From NCBI GenBank assembly GCA_050251055.1, contig JBFWNL010000004.1, positions 96,001-160,000 on the forward strand: a DNA stretch of 64,000 nt, given 5' to 3'. Positions 19,498 to 28,777 of this stretch are shown in pieces. Below the pieces are notes generated by a model. It had not been told where the DNA came from. It made no database searches and saw only the letters and a program-made list of their open reading frames with translations. Each line of letters opens with the position of its first letter. The stretch's first letter is position 1. This DNA comes from Bacteriovoracia bacterium (lineage in GTDB: Bacteria > Bdellovibrionota > UBA1018 > JBFWNL01). The translations under genes were made by a program, and so were the position numbers.

Positions 19498-20116
19498 ACC
19501 CCACCTCCAACAGCATCCCCACCGCGCGACGAGAAGAAAGCAAGCCAAAGTAAAGCAAGTTCATGTCCATGCGAAGCGTATCGGAAAACCAAGCCACGAA
19601 TCCCGTGGACAACACTACGTTGGTCGTCACCGTCGTGCCCGCAGGGAGATAAAAGGTCGTGGTGGTATTTCCGTTATTGAGCACGCTCGTGCCGCCCGCG
19701 CCCGTGAAGATACTGAAGATCACGCCCGGCCCCATACTGAAGGCGAAACTCCCTGGCGTCACGAAGGGAAAGAGAAACCCGAACGTCCGCCACCGGCCGG
19801 CGCTGTCGCCGGCGCCGCGACCGATCAGCCCTAAGGTAACCGTAGGCTCGAAAGCCCATCCGTTCGAGTAGGGGCTTCGCCAAGTCGCGCCAATCAGGAA
19901 GGGCTCCGTCGGGCCAAAAAAACTCTTTTCCCCGGTAGGTTGGCTGGCCGTGCGCCCGAAGTTGTAAGCCGCGAATCCTAGCTGGATCACCCACGGCGAG
20001 CGCTCCTCCGCCGCTCGGGCGGGAACGCTCGTGCCACCGAGGGCCCCGAGGACGAGGACGAGCGCGGCCATGCCACGGCCCGCTCCTTTCCACCCACTTC
20101 GGTGCCCTAACTTCAA
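19487..20116 (-). CDS. Small outer-membrane beta-barrel protein (putative)
   Basis: Signal peptide, alternating aromatic/Gly strands, ends EVGYAI; start either TTG 20116 or ATG 20071. Confidence 0.6.
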   Translation of the reverse strand: MKLGHRSGWKGAGRGMAALVLVLGALGGTSVPARAAEERSPWVIQLGFAAYNFGRTASQPTGEKSFFGPTEPFLIGATWRSPYSNGWAFEPTVTLGLIGRGAGDSAGRWRTFGFLFPFVTPGSFAFSMGPGVIFSIFTGAGGTSVLNNGNTTTTFYLPAGTTVTTNVVLSTGFVAWFSDTLRMDMNLLYFGLLSSRRAVGMLLEVGYAI

Positions 20117-20126
20117 ACCGCCTCCG

Positions 20127-21620
20127 CTAGAACTCAGCCGCGAAAGTCGCCAGCGAGCGAACAAATGATCCCGACGCGCCTTTACGGGGAGCGTAGGGCA
20201 AGAACTCCAGGTCGTAGCAGGTGGACGCGATGTCCAGGTGCGCCCACCGGAAACCCTTCTTAATGAACTGCTTCAGGAAAATCCCGCCGCGGATCGTCCC
20301 GCCGTAGGAGTTGTTGCAGGAGTTCCGCATGTCCGCGACGTCCGACTTCATGTCGTCGAAATATTCGTCGTACATCGGAAGCTGCCACATGCGTTCGGCC
20401 TGAGAATCGCCGATCGCCTTGAGCTGCTCAATCAACGCGTCGTCATTACCCATCAAGCCGCAGCAGTAGCGACCCAGCGCCACGCCCACCGCGCCCGTGA
20501 GGGTGGCGGAGTTGACGATGACGTCCGGCTTGAAGGTGTGCGCGTAATCCAGCACGTCGGCCAGGATCAGGCGCCCTTCGGCGTCGGTGTTGATGATTTC
20601 GACCGTTTTGCCGGCGCGCGAGCGGATCACGTTGCCCGGCTGCACGGCGATACCGTTCGGCATGTTTTCCGTGAACGCCAGGATGCCGACCACGCGGTTC
20701 GGGACGTTCCAGAGCGAGGCGAGCACGACGGCGCCCATCATCGTGGCCGCGCCGGTCATGTCGTGCTTCATGTCTTCCATGCCCTTGGAGGGCTTGATCG
20801 AGATACCGCCGCTGTCGAAGGTGATGCCCTTGCCGACGAACGCGATCGTCTTGGCGTTCTTCGCGGCCTTGCCGCGCGGCCGATGCTCGATCACGACGAT
20901 CTTGCCTTCGCGATCGGATCCTTGGCCGACGGCCAGGAAAAGCCCCATACGCTCACGCTTGGCGTCGCGCTCGGAAAGAATCCGGCAGCGCAGCCCGAAC
21001 TTACGCGCGTACTTCACGGCTTCGCTTGCGTAATATTCCGGTGTACCGAAATTGGACGGTTCGTTGGACCAATCGCGCGTGATGAACACGGCTTCCGCCA
21101 CGGAGTAAGCGCGCGCCAGCTCCTTCGCGAACTTCGCCTTGGCTCCCGCCGTCGCGATGAAATGGATCTTCGGCATCGTCGAGGCGTCCGCCGATGCTTT
21201 TTGCGACTTATGCTTGTCAAAACGATAGGACGAGAGCAGCAACCCCTCGGCGAACGCCTTAAAGTAGGGTCCCTTGGTGAAGGCATCGGCGCGGACAAAG
21301 GCGCTCTTGCATTTTTCGGCGTTCAGGCGCGCCCACACCGCGGCGCCGGCCTGGCGAAACTTCTCCTCGGTCACCTCGCTCGCCTGGCCCAAGCCCGCGA
21401 ACAGCACGCTTTCGGCCGGCTTGCGCCCGCCCATGCGGATGAACAGGCTTTGGCGGACGCTCGCGGCGAAGGGCCCCGAACGGCGCAGACGGCTCACGGC
21501 CTCCTCGTAACTCCCTTTCGGGGCGACGGCTTTTTTGCCGGCATCCTGGAAAACGAGGACGACTTCGGCCTCACTGGCGCCGGCACTGGTGCGAATGTCT
21601 AAGCTGGGCAATCTTGCCAT
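20127..21620 (-). CDS. pepA: Leucyl aminopeptidase (M17)
   Basis: VGKGITFDSGG, MKHDMTGAA, NTDAEGRLIL, WAHLDIA. Confidence 0.95.
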   Translation of the reverse strand: MARLPSLDIRTSAGASEAEVVLVFQDAGKKAVAPKGSYEEAVSRLRRSGPFAASVRQSLFIRMGGRKPAESVLFAGLGQASEVTEEKFRQAGAAVWARLNAEKCKSAFVRADAFTKGPYFKAFAEGLLLSSYRFDKHKSQKASADASTMPKIHFIATAGAKAKFAKELARAYSVAEAVFITRDWSNEPSNFGTPEYYASEAVKYARKFGLRCRILSERDAKRERMGLFLAVGQGSDREGKIVVIEHRPRGKAAKNAKTIAFVGKGITFDSGGISIKPSKGMEDMKHDMTGAATMMGAVVLASLWNVPNRVVGILAFTENMPNGIAVQPGNVIRSRAGKTVEIINTDAEGRLILADVLDYAHTFKPDVIVNSATLTGAVGVALGRYCCGLMGNDDALIEQLKAIGDSQAERMWQLPMYDEYFDDMKSDVADMRNSCNNSYGGTIRGGIFLKQFIKKGFRWAHLDIASTCYDLEFLPYAPRKGASGSFVRSLATFAAEF

Positions 21621-21678
21621 TGAAAATAACCTCTATAGTTGTATGAAATGAGCTGATTTTGTAGCATAGAGCCCTAAG

Positions 21679-23100
21679 ATGTTGAAGCGATATCACCAAA
21701 CCATCGGGGGCCTCTTCCGCGCCGTGGACGCCTGTGTCATCGGCGGGGCTTGGTTGCTCTCCTACTGGTTACGCGCTCATCTTCCTTACCTCCAGGTCTC
21801 GAAAAATCTACCGGTTTTCTCAACCTACCTTCCGCTCCTGCCCTTGATCGTCGTGCTGTGGACGACGGTGTTCTCCGCGGCGGGGGCTTACCAATCCCGC
21901 AAGGTGTTGCGACGAACGGACGAAGCGACCTTGATCCTCAAGGCCCACTTTATCGCGATGCTTTTCTTCATCGCGGTGGCGTATCTGTTCAACGAATACA
22001 AGTACTCCCGCGGCGTGCTCGTCTATTTCGGTTTTCTGGGTGGGTTTCTGCTCGTCTCGTGCCGGCTGCTCATGCGAAACATCCTGCGGGCGCTCAGCCG
22101 GCGCGGCTTCAATCTGCAAGACATCCTGGCGATCGGCGAAGGCAGCTCCCTTGAGAATCTCGTGCAGCGACTCGACCGCTTCCCCGAACTGGGCTACCGC
22201 GTGATCGGCGTCATCACCCACCATCAGTCGAAAGCCCAACAGGTTGCCGGCAAACCGGTGATCGGCCACTTCGGCCAGACCAACGGTCAAGCTGGAGCCG
22301 ACCTGGAAAAAACGCTCCGGCAGCACCGCTTCGATCAACTTCTGATCGCGCTTCCCAAGCACCAATACGCGGACTTGGACCAGGTTCTCCACGCCATCCA
22401 CCAGGAAACGATCGATATCCGCCTCGTCCCCGATATCCACGAGTACGTGACCTTGGGTTGCGCGGTCGAGGACTTCGACGGATTCCCGGTGGTGAACCTC
22501 AACCACTCGCCGCTCGAGGGTTGGGGCGCGATTCTAAAGCGGCTCACCGACATCATCCTCTCGTTTTTCGCCCTCGTGGTGCTGGCGCCCCTCTTGCTCG
22601 TGATTTCCCTGCTGGTGAAACTCACGTCGCGCGGTCCGGTTTTTTATTCCCAAGAGCGCATGGGCATGGATGGACGCCTGTTTAAAATGCACAAGTTCCG
22701 CTCCATGCGCTGGGAACCCGAAGGCCAGGGCTCGGGCTGGACGACGGCGAACGATCCGCGCCGAACCCGGTTCGGCAGCTTCCTGCGGGCGACCAGTCTT
22801 GACGAGCTTCCCCAGTTCTGGAACGTCCTGATGGGGGACATGTCGCTCGTCGGGCCACGCCCGGAGCAAGCGCCTTACGTGCAAAAGTTCCGCAGCGAGA
22901 TCCCCAACTACATGCTCCGCCACAAGGTCAAAGCCGGGATCACGGGCTGGGCGCAAGTGAACGGGTGGCGAGGAGACACCTCGCTCAATCGGCGTATCGA
23001 ATTCGATCTCTATTACATCCGGAACTGGTCGTACGTTTTGGACATAAAGATCCTCGTGCTGACCTTCTGGAAGGGTTTCATCAACCGCAACGCCTATTAA
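21679..23100 (+). CDS. Undecaprenyl-phosphate glucose phosphotransferase (WcaJ/GumD-like)
   Basis: N-terminal TMs, CoA-binding-like domain, [37 protein letters not shown]. Confidence 0.92.
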   Translation: MLKRYHQTIGGLFRAVDACVIGGAWLLSYWLRAHLPYLQVSKNLPVFSTYLPLLPLIVVLWTTVFSAAGAYQSRKVLRRTDEATLILKAHFIAMLFFIAVAYLFNEYKYSRGVLVYFGFLGGFLLVSCRLLMRNILRALSRRGFNLQDILAIGEGSSLENLVQRLDRFPELGYRVIGVITHHQSKAQQVAGKPVIGHFGQTNGQAGADLEKTLRQHRFDQLLIALPKHQYADLDQVLHAIHQETIDIRLVPDIHEYVTLGCAVEDFDGFPVVNLNHSPLEGWGAILKRLTDIILSFFALVVLAPLLLVISLLVKLTSRGPVFYSQERMGMDGRLFKMHKFRSMRWEPEGQGSGWTTANDPRRTRFGSFLRATSLDELPQFWNVLMGDMSLVGPRPEQAPYVQKFRSEIPNYMLRHKVKAGITGWAQVNGWRGDTSLNRRIEFDLYYIRNWSYVLDIKILVLTFWKGFINRNAY

Positions 23101-23222
23101 ATGCGGGTTTGAGACATTTTTTACGCCACGCGTGCCAATTCGGCCAAAACCCGCGCTAGCAGCGGCATTTTAATGACGGTTAAATTTTCATTTCCCCAGA
23201 ACAACTGATCTAGACAGGCTTT

Positions 23223-23332
23223 TGGGGATAACTTTCTATCCACAGGCCACCAAAGCCCCATATAAGGGAAAATAAGTAGTAAATTCATAGGGCTTAATGG
23301 GTGTGGATAACTCGTGACTTTTATGTGGATAA
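23223..23332. promoter_or_regulatory. DnaA-box cluster (2 perfect, 2 single-mismatch)
   Basis: TGTGGATAA at 23302-23310 and 23324-23332; TGGGGATAA at 23223-23231; CTATCCACA at 23236-23244; AT-rich spacer. Confidence 0.75.
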
Positions 23333-23348
23333 GTCTTGGAAGCGGCGC

Positions 23349-24617
23349 TTAAGGTGATTGCGCAGCGCCTTCTTGAGGCGCGTTATCGCTGTTTTTTGCG
23401 GGTTTTTGCGCGTCATTTGGTTTCGGAGCGTTCTGCGATTGGAGCGATGCGGCATTAGCTGCATCAGCCTCCTGAAGCTCCTCAGGCGTCGGGGATGCCG
23501 TTTTTGGCAAAACCTCCAACCCCGCAAACGGATCCGACATCGTCTTCACCCGCTCACGCGGGTAGATCGCCGTGAGGGCACCGTTGAAAGTCGACGTGTT
23601 CTTCAGGCTCTTGAGTGGGGTGTACGTATACGACTTGAAGCTAATGGCCAACGACTCGGGGTTAGACGCCTGGATCACCGCCTGATCCTGCGCGCGCAGC
23701 ACGAGGAGCTTTCCCTTCTCCAAGGTGAACCGCATACTCGGGCGGCCATCCACCTTATAACGGATCCAAACCGTCGTAATGGGACGAAGGACAACCTTAT
23801 AACGGATCTCCTCGGCTTTGAGCGAGTCGCCTTTATTGAGGTCATCCTTCGGCTGCGGCTGGCGCCTCGGATCGGCGGAAGCAAACTTTTCGGTGGGAGA
23901 CGGCGTGGGCGAGGCAACCGGCGAAACGGCCACGCTTGGCGTCGCCGTGGGTGAAGCCGCCACGCTCGGGGTCGCGGTCGGCGTAGCCGCGACGGATACG
24001 CTCGCCGTAGGCGACGCGCTAACCGTCGGCGAAGCCGTGGCTACAGGAGCGGTGGAAGCCGCCGCGCTCGGGGAAACCGATGGGGAAGCGCTGGGGCTAG
24101 CCACCGCCGTCGGGGCCGCGCTCGCCGTGGTTTCCGGGGCCCCGCTCGCGGACGCCGAGGGAGACGCTCCCGGCTTCTGGTACGCCGCCTTCAGCTGATC
24201 CATGTGGGAAACTTTCTTGTGCTTGAGGGCGGGCTTTAAAATAAAGATCGCGATCGCGCCGATCACGACGAAGCTGCCCATCATCACCCAGAGCAGCGTG
24301 CGCGAACGCTCGGTTTCGCGCTTCTCGAACGCATAGCCGCTGTGACCGGCGTCCTTGGCGGGACGCTCCAGCGTCTTCTCTTCCAGGAAAATGGAAAAGT
24401 CCTTGAAGATCTCGCGCGCGTCCAGGCCGATAAACCGGGCGTAGGAGATCACGAAGCCGCGCACAAAGGGCTTCGCGGGCAGATCGGTGTAATCGTCCGT
24501 CTCAAGCGAATGCAGCAAGCGCACGCTGATCTTGGTCGCGGAGGCGACCTGCTCGATCGTGACGCCGCGTTTTTCCCGCTCATTGCGCAGGAATTCGCCG
24601 AGACTGTATCCGCTCAA
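23349..24617 (-). CDS. rodZ: RodZ-like HTH-TM cell-shape protein
   Basis: GEFLRNEREKRG HTH, PFVRGFVISYARFIGLD, one TM, S/P/T/A linker, C-terminal beta domain; TTG start overlaps the upstream stop. Confidence 0.8.
   Translation of the reverse strand: MSGYSLGEFLRNEREKRGVTIEQVASATKISVRLLHSLETDDYTDLPAKPFVRGFVISYARFIGLDAREIFKDFSIFLEEKTLERPAKDAGHSGYAFEKRETERSRTLLWVMMGSFVVIGAIAIFILKPALKHKKVSHMDQLKAAYQKPGASPSASASGAPETTASAAPTAVASPSASPSVSPSAAASTAPVATASPTVSASPTASVSVAATPTATPSVAASPTATPSVAVSPVASPTPSPTEKFASADPRRQPQPKDDLNKGDSLKAEEIRYKVVLRPITTVWIRYKVDGRPSMRFTLEKGKLLVLRAQDQAVIQASNPESLAISFKSYTYTPLKSLKNTSTFNGALTAIYPRERVKTMSDPFAGLEVLPKTASPTPEELQEADAANAASLQSQNAPKPNDAQKPAKNSDNAPQEGAAQSP
23893..24175 (-). repeat. 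Low-complexity (A/V)ASP(T/S)(A/V) / ATPT coding repeats in RodZ linker
   Basis: SPSASASG..ASPSASPSVSPS..ATPTATPSVAASPTATPSVAVSP; degenerate at DNA level; boundaries approximate. Confidence 0.7.
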
Positions 24618-25369
24618 GGCAGGTACCTCAATTTCTGATTAGCCGTTTCGGCCACCTGGGTTTCCGGAAACAGATTGATGATCTCCAGCAGCTTCTTGCG
24701 CGCGAGATCGTACTGCTTGGTCTGCATGTAGACGTTCGCGATTTCGAGATGCGGCTGCTGGTTCCCCCCGCAGAAAACCTGCGTGGCTTTTTTGTAGTCC
24801 ATGATCGCGGCGTTGTAATTGCCGTTCATCGCCTTCAGCCGTCCGCGATAAAAGTAGGCATCGCAGGCACCCACCGGGTTGTCGACAATGGCGGCGTTCA
24901 GGAACTCGCCCGCCTTCGCGTAATTTTTTTGGTCGAAGTAAAGCTGGCCCAGCGTGCTCTTGGACTTGTAGGCCTCGGTGTAAGTGTAGTCTTTCGAAGC
25001 GGAAAGGAGGACGGCTTCTGCCTGCCGGTAGTGGCGGGTATCGTAGAGAACTTTTCCGTACGCGTTCTTGATGCCGGCGTCCTTGGGGTCGAGCTCGTAC
25101 GCGCGGCGCATGGACGCAAGCGAGTTACCCATGTCGTGCTTGGCGTAGTAGGCAAGACCCTTCACCAGGTGCAGACGGGGATAATCGGAGTCCAACCCTT
25201 CGGCGATCTGCAGGTCGGTGAAAGCGGAAGCGGTGTCGCCTCCTTGAATCGAAGAGAGCGCCATCTCGACGTGGATCTTGGCTTTCTCGTCCGAAGGAAG
25301 GTCCCGCGGCTTATTCGTCGCGCATCCCGCCACCAGCAAAATCAAAACGAAACATCCAAATTGTTTCAT
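24614..25369 (-). CDS. TPR lipoprotein, type IV pilus pilotin (PilF/PilW/Tgl-like)
   Basis: Lipobox LVAGC, TPR repeats, position directly upstream of rodZ; GAGGT SD before ATG 25369. Confidence 0.7.
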   Translation of the reverse strand: MKQFGCFVLILLVAGCATNKPRDLPSDEKAKIHVEMALSSIQGGDTASAFTDLQIAEGLDSDYPRLHLVKGLAYYAKHDMGNSLASMRRAYELDPKDAGIKNAYGKVLYDTRHYRQAEAVLLSASKDYTYTEAYKSKSTLGQLYFDQKNYAKAGEFLNAAIVDNPVGACDAYFYRGRLKAMNGNYNAAIMDYKKATQVFCGGNQQPHLEIANVYMQTKQYDLARKKLLEIINLFPETQVAETANQKLRYLP

Positions 25370-25418
25370 ATCGATACACCTCTCCAACTGCTTAGATTAG
25401 AAGCGTTTTAGCGCGGTG

Positions 25419-26582
25419 TCAAAGGCGAATGCGGGCGAGCGCCTCGACGTGATGGGTCTGTGGAAAAAGATCGAGCGCGGCCAGGGCTTCGATTTTCCAT
25501 CCCCGCTTCACGAACCGACTCAGATCGCGGGTCCAGGCGTCCACGTCACAGCCAATCAGGAGGGCTTCGTGCACGCCCAGGGCGGCGAGCACCCTCTCCA
25601 TATCGGAGAAATCGGCGCCCAAGCCGGCGCGCGGGGGGTCGAAGATCGCGGTGACATGCGGAGCGCCCGTCGTTTCGCCCACCCGGCCTTTTGCCTTTTG
25701 GCGCAACACCCAGGTCAACACGGAGCTGCGATGAAAACGAAAGTGCGCTGGCGTGCCGGGCGGTGGGGTCACCGGACTGCCCGTATCCACGCAGTCGATG
25801 CCGGTCGCGATATCGGCCAAGCCCAAGCTCAAGTTGCCGGCTCCGCCGTAAAGATCCCAGACTTCGCCGCCCGGGCGTACCTGCGCGCGCACCCAAGCTT
25901 GGAGTTTTAAATTTTGCTCGTCGTGAATTTGCCGAAAGCCGCCGAATGAATGGCTCGCGTTCCAGGTCGCGCGCAGATCGCCGTCGACCGCCACCTCGAG
26001 CTCGACTTTATAAGGACGAGAAACGCCCGCTTTCTCCCGCCCGATTTCCGGGATGCGCCCATTGATCTCCTCGCGCGCGATCTCACAACGATCCCCGGTT
26101 TCCTTGAGCGAAACGATGCCATGCGAACCGGCGGCGTAAAAACCCAGCGCCTGCCCGTCCCCACGCAGCTGGACGCGATTACGGTAGTTCCAAATTTTTT
26201 CCGCGGGAAGCGCTTCGATCGCCACCCCCCCGGCGTCCACGCCCGCGCGCGCAAGTGCGTGGCTCACGCCCTTCAATTTCGTCTCCCACTGAAGCGCATA
26301 AGGAAGATGCTGCCACTCGCAACCGCCGCAGCGGCCAAACACCGCGCACTTGGGCGCGATTCGGTGGGAGGAAGGCTCGACCACCTCGAGCAGCTCGCCT
26401 TCGGCGTAATTCTTCTTGATGGGCGTGACGGCCACTCGGACCAGGTCGCCGGGCGCGGTACGAGGAACGAAAATCACCCGTCCCTGCGAATCGCGGCCCA
26501 CCCCGGAGCCCGCGCGGGACAGATCGTCGATCCGGATATTCAAGATTTCGGCAGTTTCTGCCGATCGGCCATTTGTACTCAT
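25419..26582 (-). CDS. rlmD: TrmA/RlmD-family RNA m5U methyltransferase
   Basis: TRAM domain, C-x5-CGGC Fe-S motif, DLYGGAG, DPPRAG, catalytic IGC, DLFPQTHHVE. Confidence 0.85.
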   Translation of the reverse strand: MSTNGRSAETAEILNIRIDDLSRAGSGVGRDSQGRVIFVPRTAPGDLVRVAVTPIKKNYAEGELLEVVEPSSHRIAPKCAVFGRCGGCEWQHLPYALQWETKLKGVSHALARAGVDAGGVAIEALPAEKIWNYRNRVQLRGDGQALGFYAAGSHGIVSLKETGDRCEIAREEINGRIPEIGREKAGVSRPYKVELEVAVDGDLRATWNASHSFGGFRQIHDEQNLKLQAWVRAQVRPGGEVWDLYGGAGNLSLGLADIATGIDCVDTGSPVTPPPGTPAHFRFHRSSVLTWVLRQKAKGRVGETTGAPHVTAIFDPPRAGLGADFSDMERVLAALGVHEALLIGCDVDAWTRDLSRFVKRGWKIEALAALDLFPQTHHVEALARIRL

Positions 26583-26753
26583 TTTTTTACTCTACGGGTA
26601 CCTGGTCATATGGAGGACCGCTATGCGAAGTGTCAAGGAACGAGTGATCGCCCCGATTTTACTCCCATTGCTTAAATCTGAAGGCAGCCTGAGCGTTTTA
26701 GTCATATTCCCGGTCGTCATTGCCTATTTTTTGGCGATGGCCGTGCATCCTTT

Positions 26754-28646
26754 CTAAAGCACGAATTCCCGGCAAGCCGCTACCTCGGGACGTTGGCGGG
26801 CCTGATCGCAGAGCGAACCAAGCACCCGCACCCAGATTACGCGTCGTCTAAAAGCGTCGCCAATCTTTCTGGCCGCGGCGCTGATTTCGAATCCCTGCTC
26901 ACGAAGGCGGTCGGCGCCGACCGCAAATTTATCCCGAGCCTGGTTTGAGATCCGTTTTTTCAACGTCCCTTCCGCCTGCTCAAACGCGGCGAAAAGCTGT
27001 TTGGCCAATTCGTCCTTCGTGATTTTACCGGGGTAACCGGATTCGATCATCTTTCGCGCCAAAGTTTCGGCTAACTCCCTTGTTTGCGCTTCATTCGCCG
27101 CCATATAGCTCGGGTTATTGCGACCCGGTACGGGATCCACGTACGCCGGCAGCAACCGACCCCAACGAGGTTTCGCGGCCGAACCCGGTTTGGACGCAGG
27201 ACCCAGGTCCCACCACTGCGCTAGCTCGTCCTGAATCAACTCCGCAACCGCCTTTCGGAAGGCCGTGGTCGCGGTGGGGTCCGACTCCATCTTCCCGTAC
27301 GAGAAGGGGATGTCGAGTGCCGCGACCTCCGCGCGGATCTCCCGTTCGCGCGCGCGGTAGGTTTCCACCGATTTCAATCCATCATGATAACTTTTCATGG
27401 CGCCGCGTACCTCGGCCACGAACTCCGGCCAATCCTGGGCGGAAAACTCCACGGTTCCGTGCAAACCCTGGCTTCCCTTCGTCAGCAAAGCACGCGTCCG
27501 CTCGAACGATTCCGGCAAGTGGTCGGCGCAACCTAAGGTTTCGGGAAAAGCGGCGAAGTAACGCTCATACTCTCCGAGTCGCGCGCTCAACGTCGGCAGC
27601 GCGCCCATGGCTTCGTTCCAAGTTCGATGGTTCACGAACACCCGATAGGCCGCCTCCATCATCTCATGGAGAAACGTCCCGAAATCCGATTGGCTGCCTA
27701 GCAAATCAGGGTGAGCCGAGGACTGTGGCATGTTGTAACCCAGACTCGAGCGGGCGAGCGTTTGAACCCACACCTCCTCCAAGCTCGGCGCCGCGGAAGT
27801 AAAGTCAAAACCCAACGGGTTCTTGTCCAAGAGCTCGCTGATGTTTAACGAGGGATCAGTGCCACGCCAATAAGTCGTGGGCTGGGAGGTCACGGGGTCC
27901 GTGAAGCTCGAGACCTGGATCTGGGCGATGTTCTCGACGTCGGCCGTGGCGGAGGTCATCACGCAACCCAGACGGGACCAAACCGGAATCGATCCGCCGC
28001 TGTAGCAGCTATCATCGATGAACGCCAACCGCACTCCTTGTGTTTGCAGCGCCTCTAACTTGGAAATCAGAGCGCCATCGGCCACGGAGTACATTTCGAA
28101 CGTGGTTTCGTCTCCGTCTTCCGGATCCACGCAGATGGAGTGTCCCGGTTTCCCGTTGCCGATGCGGTCACGATTGAGCCCGTGAGTTCCAATATGGATC
28201 AGGAGTTGGGAACCGGCCGGTAGTTCTCGAGCGGCATCCAACGCCAGCAGCAGCTGCTTCGCGGAAGCCGGCGGAACGGAAGCGGGTGGAACCCCGGCGG
28301 CCTCGGCGAGGGGAGCCAGATTCCAATCTTTGGGATCAACCCCATCGGGACAGCACTGCGTGTCCGACGGATTTTTCTGGCAGACCGGATCGGTTGCGAG
28401 TTTCTCGCAGCGGGCGGACTTCCCGGCAAACACGGGTCGAACATCCCAACCGCGTTGCCGCAGATGCCCCGCCAACCGGGTCATCGTCGGGAGAAAACTA
28501 TTGGAGGGGTGACCAATCGCAAGTTCGCAATTCCCGCCGAATAAAATCGCGCGCCGAAAGGGCGAGCCTACTTCGGGGGCCGCCACCGCTAGGCCCCCCG
28601 CGTTCAGAAACAGGCCGAAAATCAAAGCTCTCGCGAAATACTTCAT
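26754..28646 (-). CDS. Secreted caspase-hemoglobinase-fold peptidase (C13/C14-like) with helical C-terminal region
   Basis: Signal peptide from ATG 28646; LLIHIGTHG and AFIDDSCYSGG His/Cys dyad motifs, CVMTSA strand. Confidence 0.65.
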   Translation of the reverse strand: MKYFARALIFGLFLNAGGLAVAAPEVGSPFRRAILFGGNCELAIGHPSNSFLPTMTRLAGHLRQRGWDVRPVFAGKSARCEKLATDPVCQKNPSDTQCCPDGVDPKDWNLAPLAEAAGVPPASVPPASAKQLLLALDAARELPAGSQLLIHIGTHGLNRDRIGNGKPGHSICVDPEDGDETTFEMYSVADGALISKLEALQTQGVRLAFIDDSCYSGGSIPVWSRLGCVMTSATADVENIAQIQVSSFTDPVTSQPTTYWRGTDPSLNISELLDKNPLGFDFTSAAPSLEEVWVQTLARSSLGYNMPQSSAHPDLLGSQSDFGTFLHEMMEAAYRVFVNHRTWNEAMGALPTLSARLGEYERYFAAFPETLGCADHLPESFERTRALLTKGSQGLHGTVEFSAQDWPEFVAEVRGAMKSYHDGLKSVETYRAREREIRAEVAALDIPFSYGKMESDPTATTAFRKAVAELIQDELAQWWDLGPASKPGSAAKPRWGRLLPAYVDPVPGRNNPSYMAANEAQTRELAETLARKMIESGYPGKITKDELAKQLFAAFEQAEGTLKKRISNQARDKFAVGADRLREQGFEISAAARKIGDAFRRRVIWVRVLGSLCDQARQRPEVAACREFVL

Positions 28647-28777
28647 TGGGGACCCTCGCATCGGCGTATCATTATAATAACCATTTAAGTCAGTCAACTA
28701 TAAATTAATTTAATTGAGTGAGGCATAAAATCAAAGAGTTGTACCCGGGCCCGCCTGAGTATAGAGGTAGGTCTACC

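Noticed and set aside
20238-21602. Long antisense ORFs (454 aa opposite pepA; also 10011-11174, 13201-14148, 17365-18294, 3850-4812, 62376-63404)
   Set aside because: Shadow frames produced by GC-rich codon bias of well-supported genes on the other strand; no SD or protein motifs.
23121-23138. TTGGCACGCGTGGCGTA sigma54-like site antisense to the wcaJ-like gene
   Set aside because: The -12 dinucleotide is GT instead of GC and no gene follows on that strand nearby.
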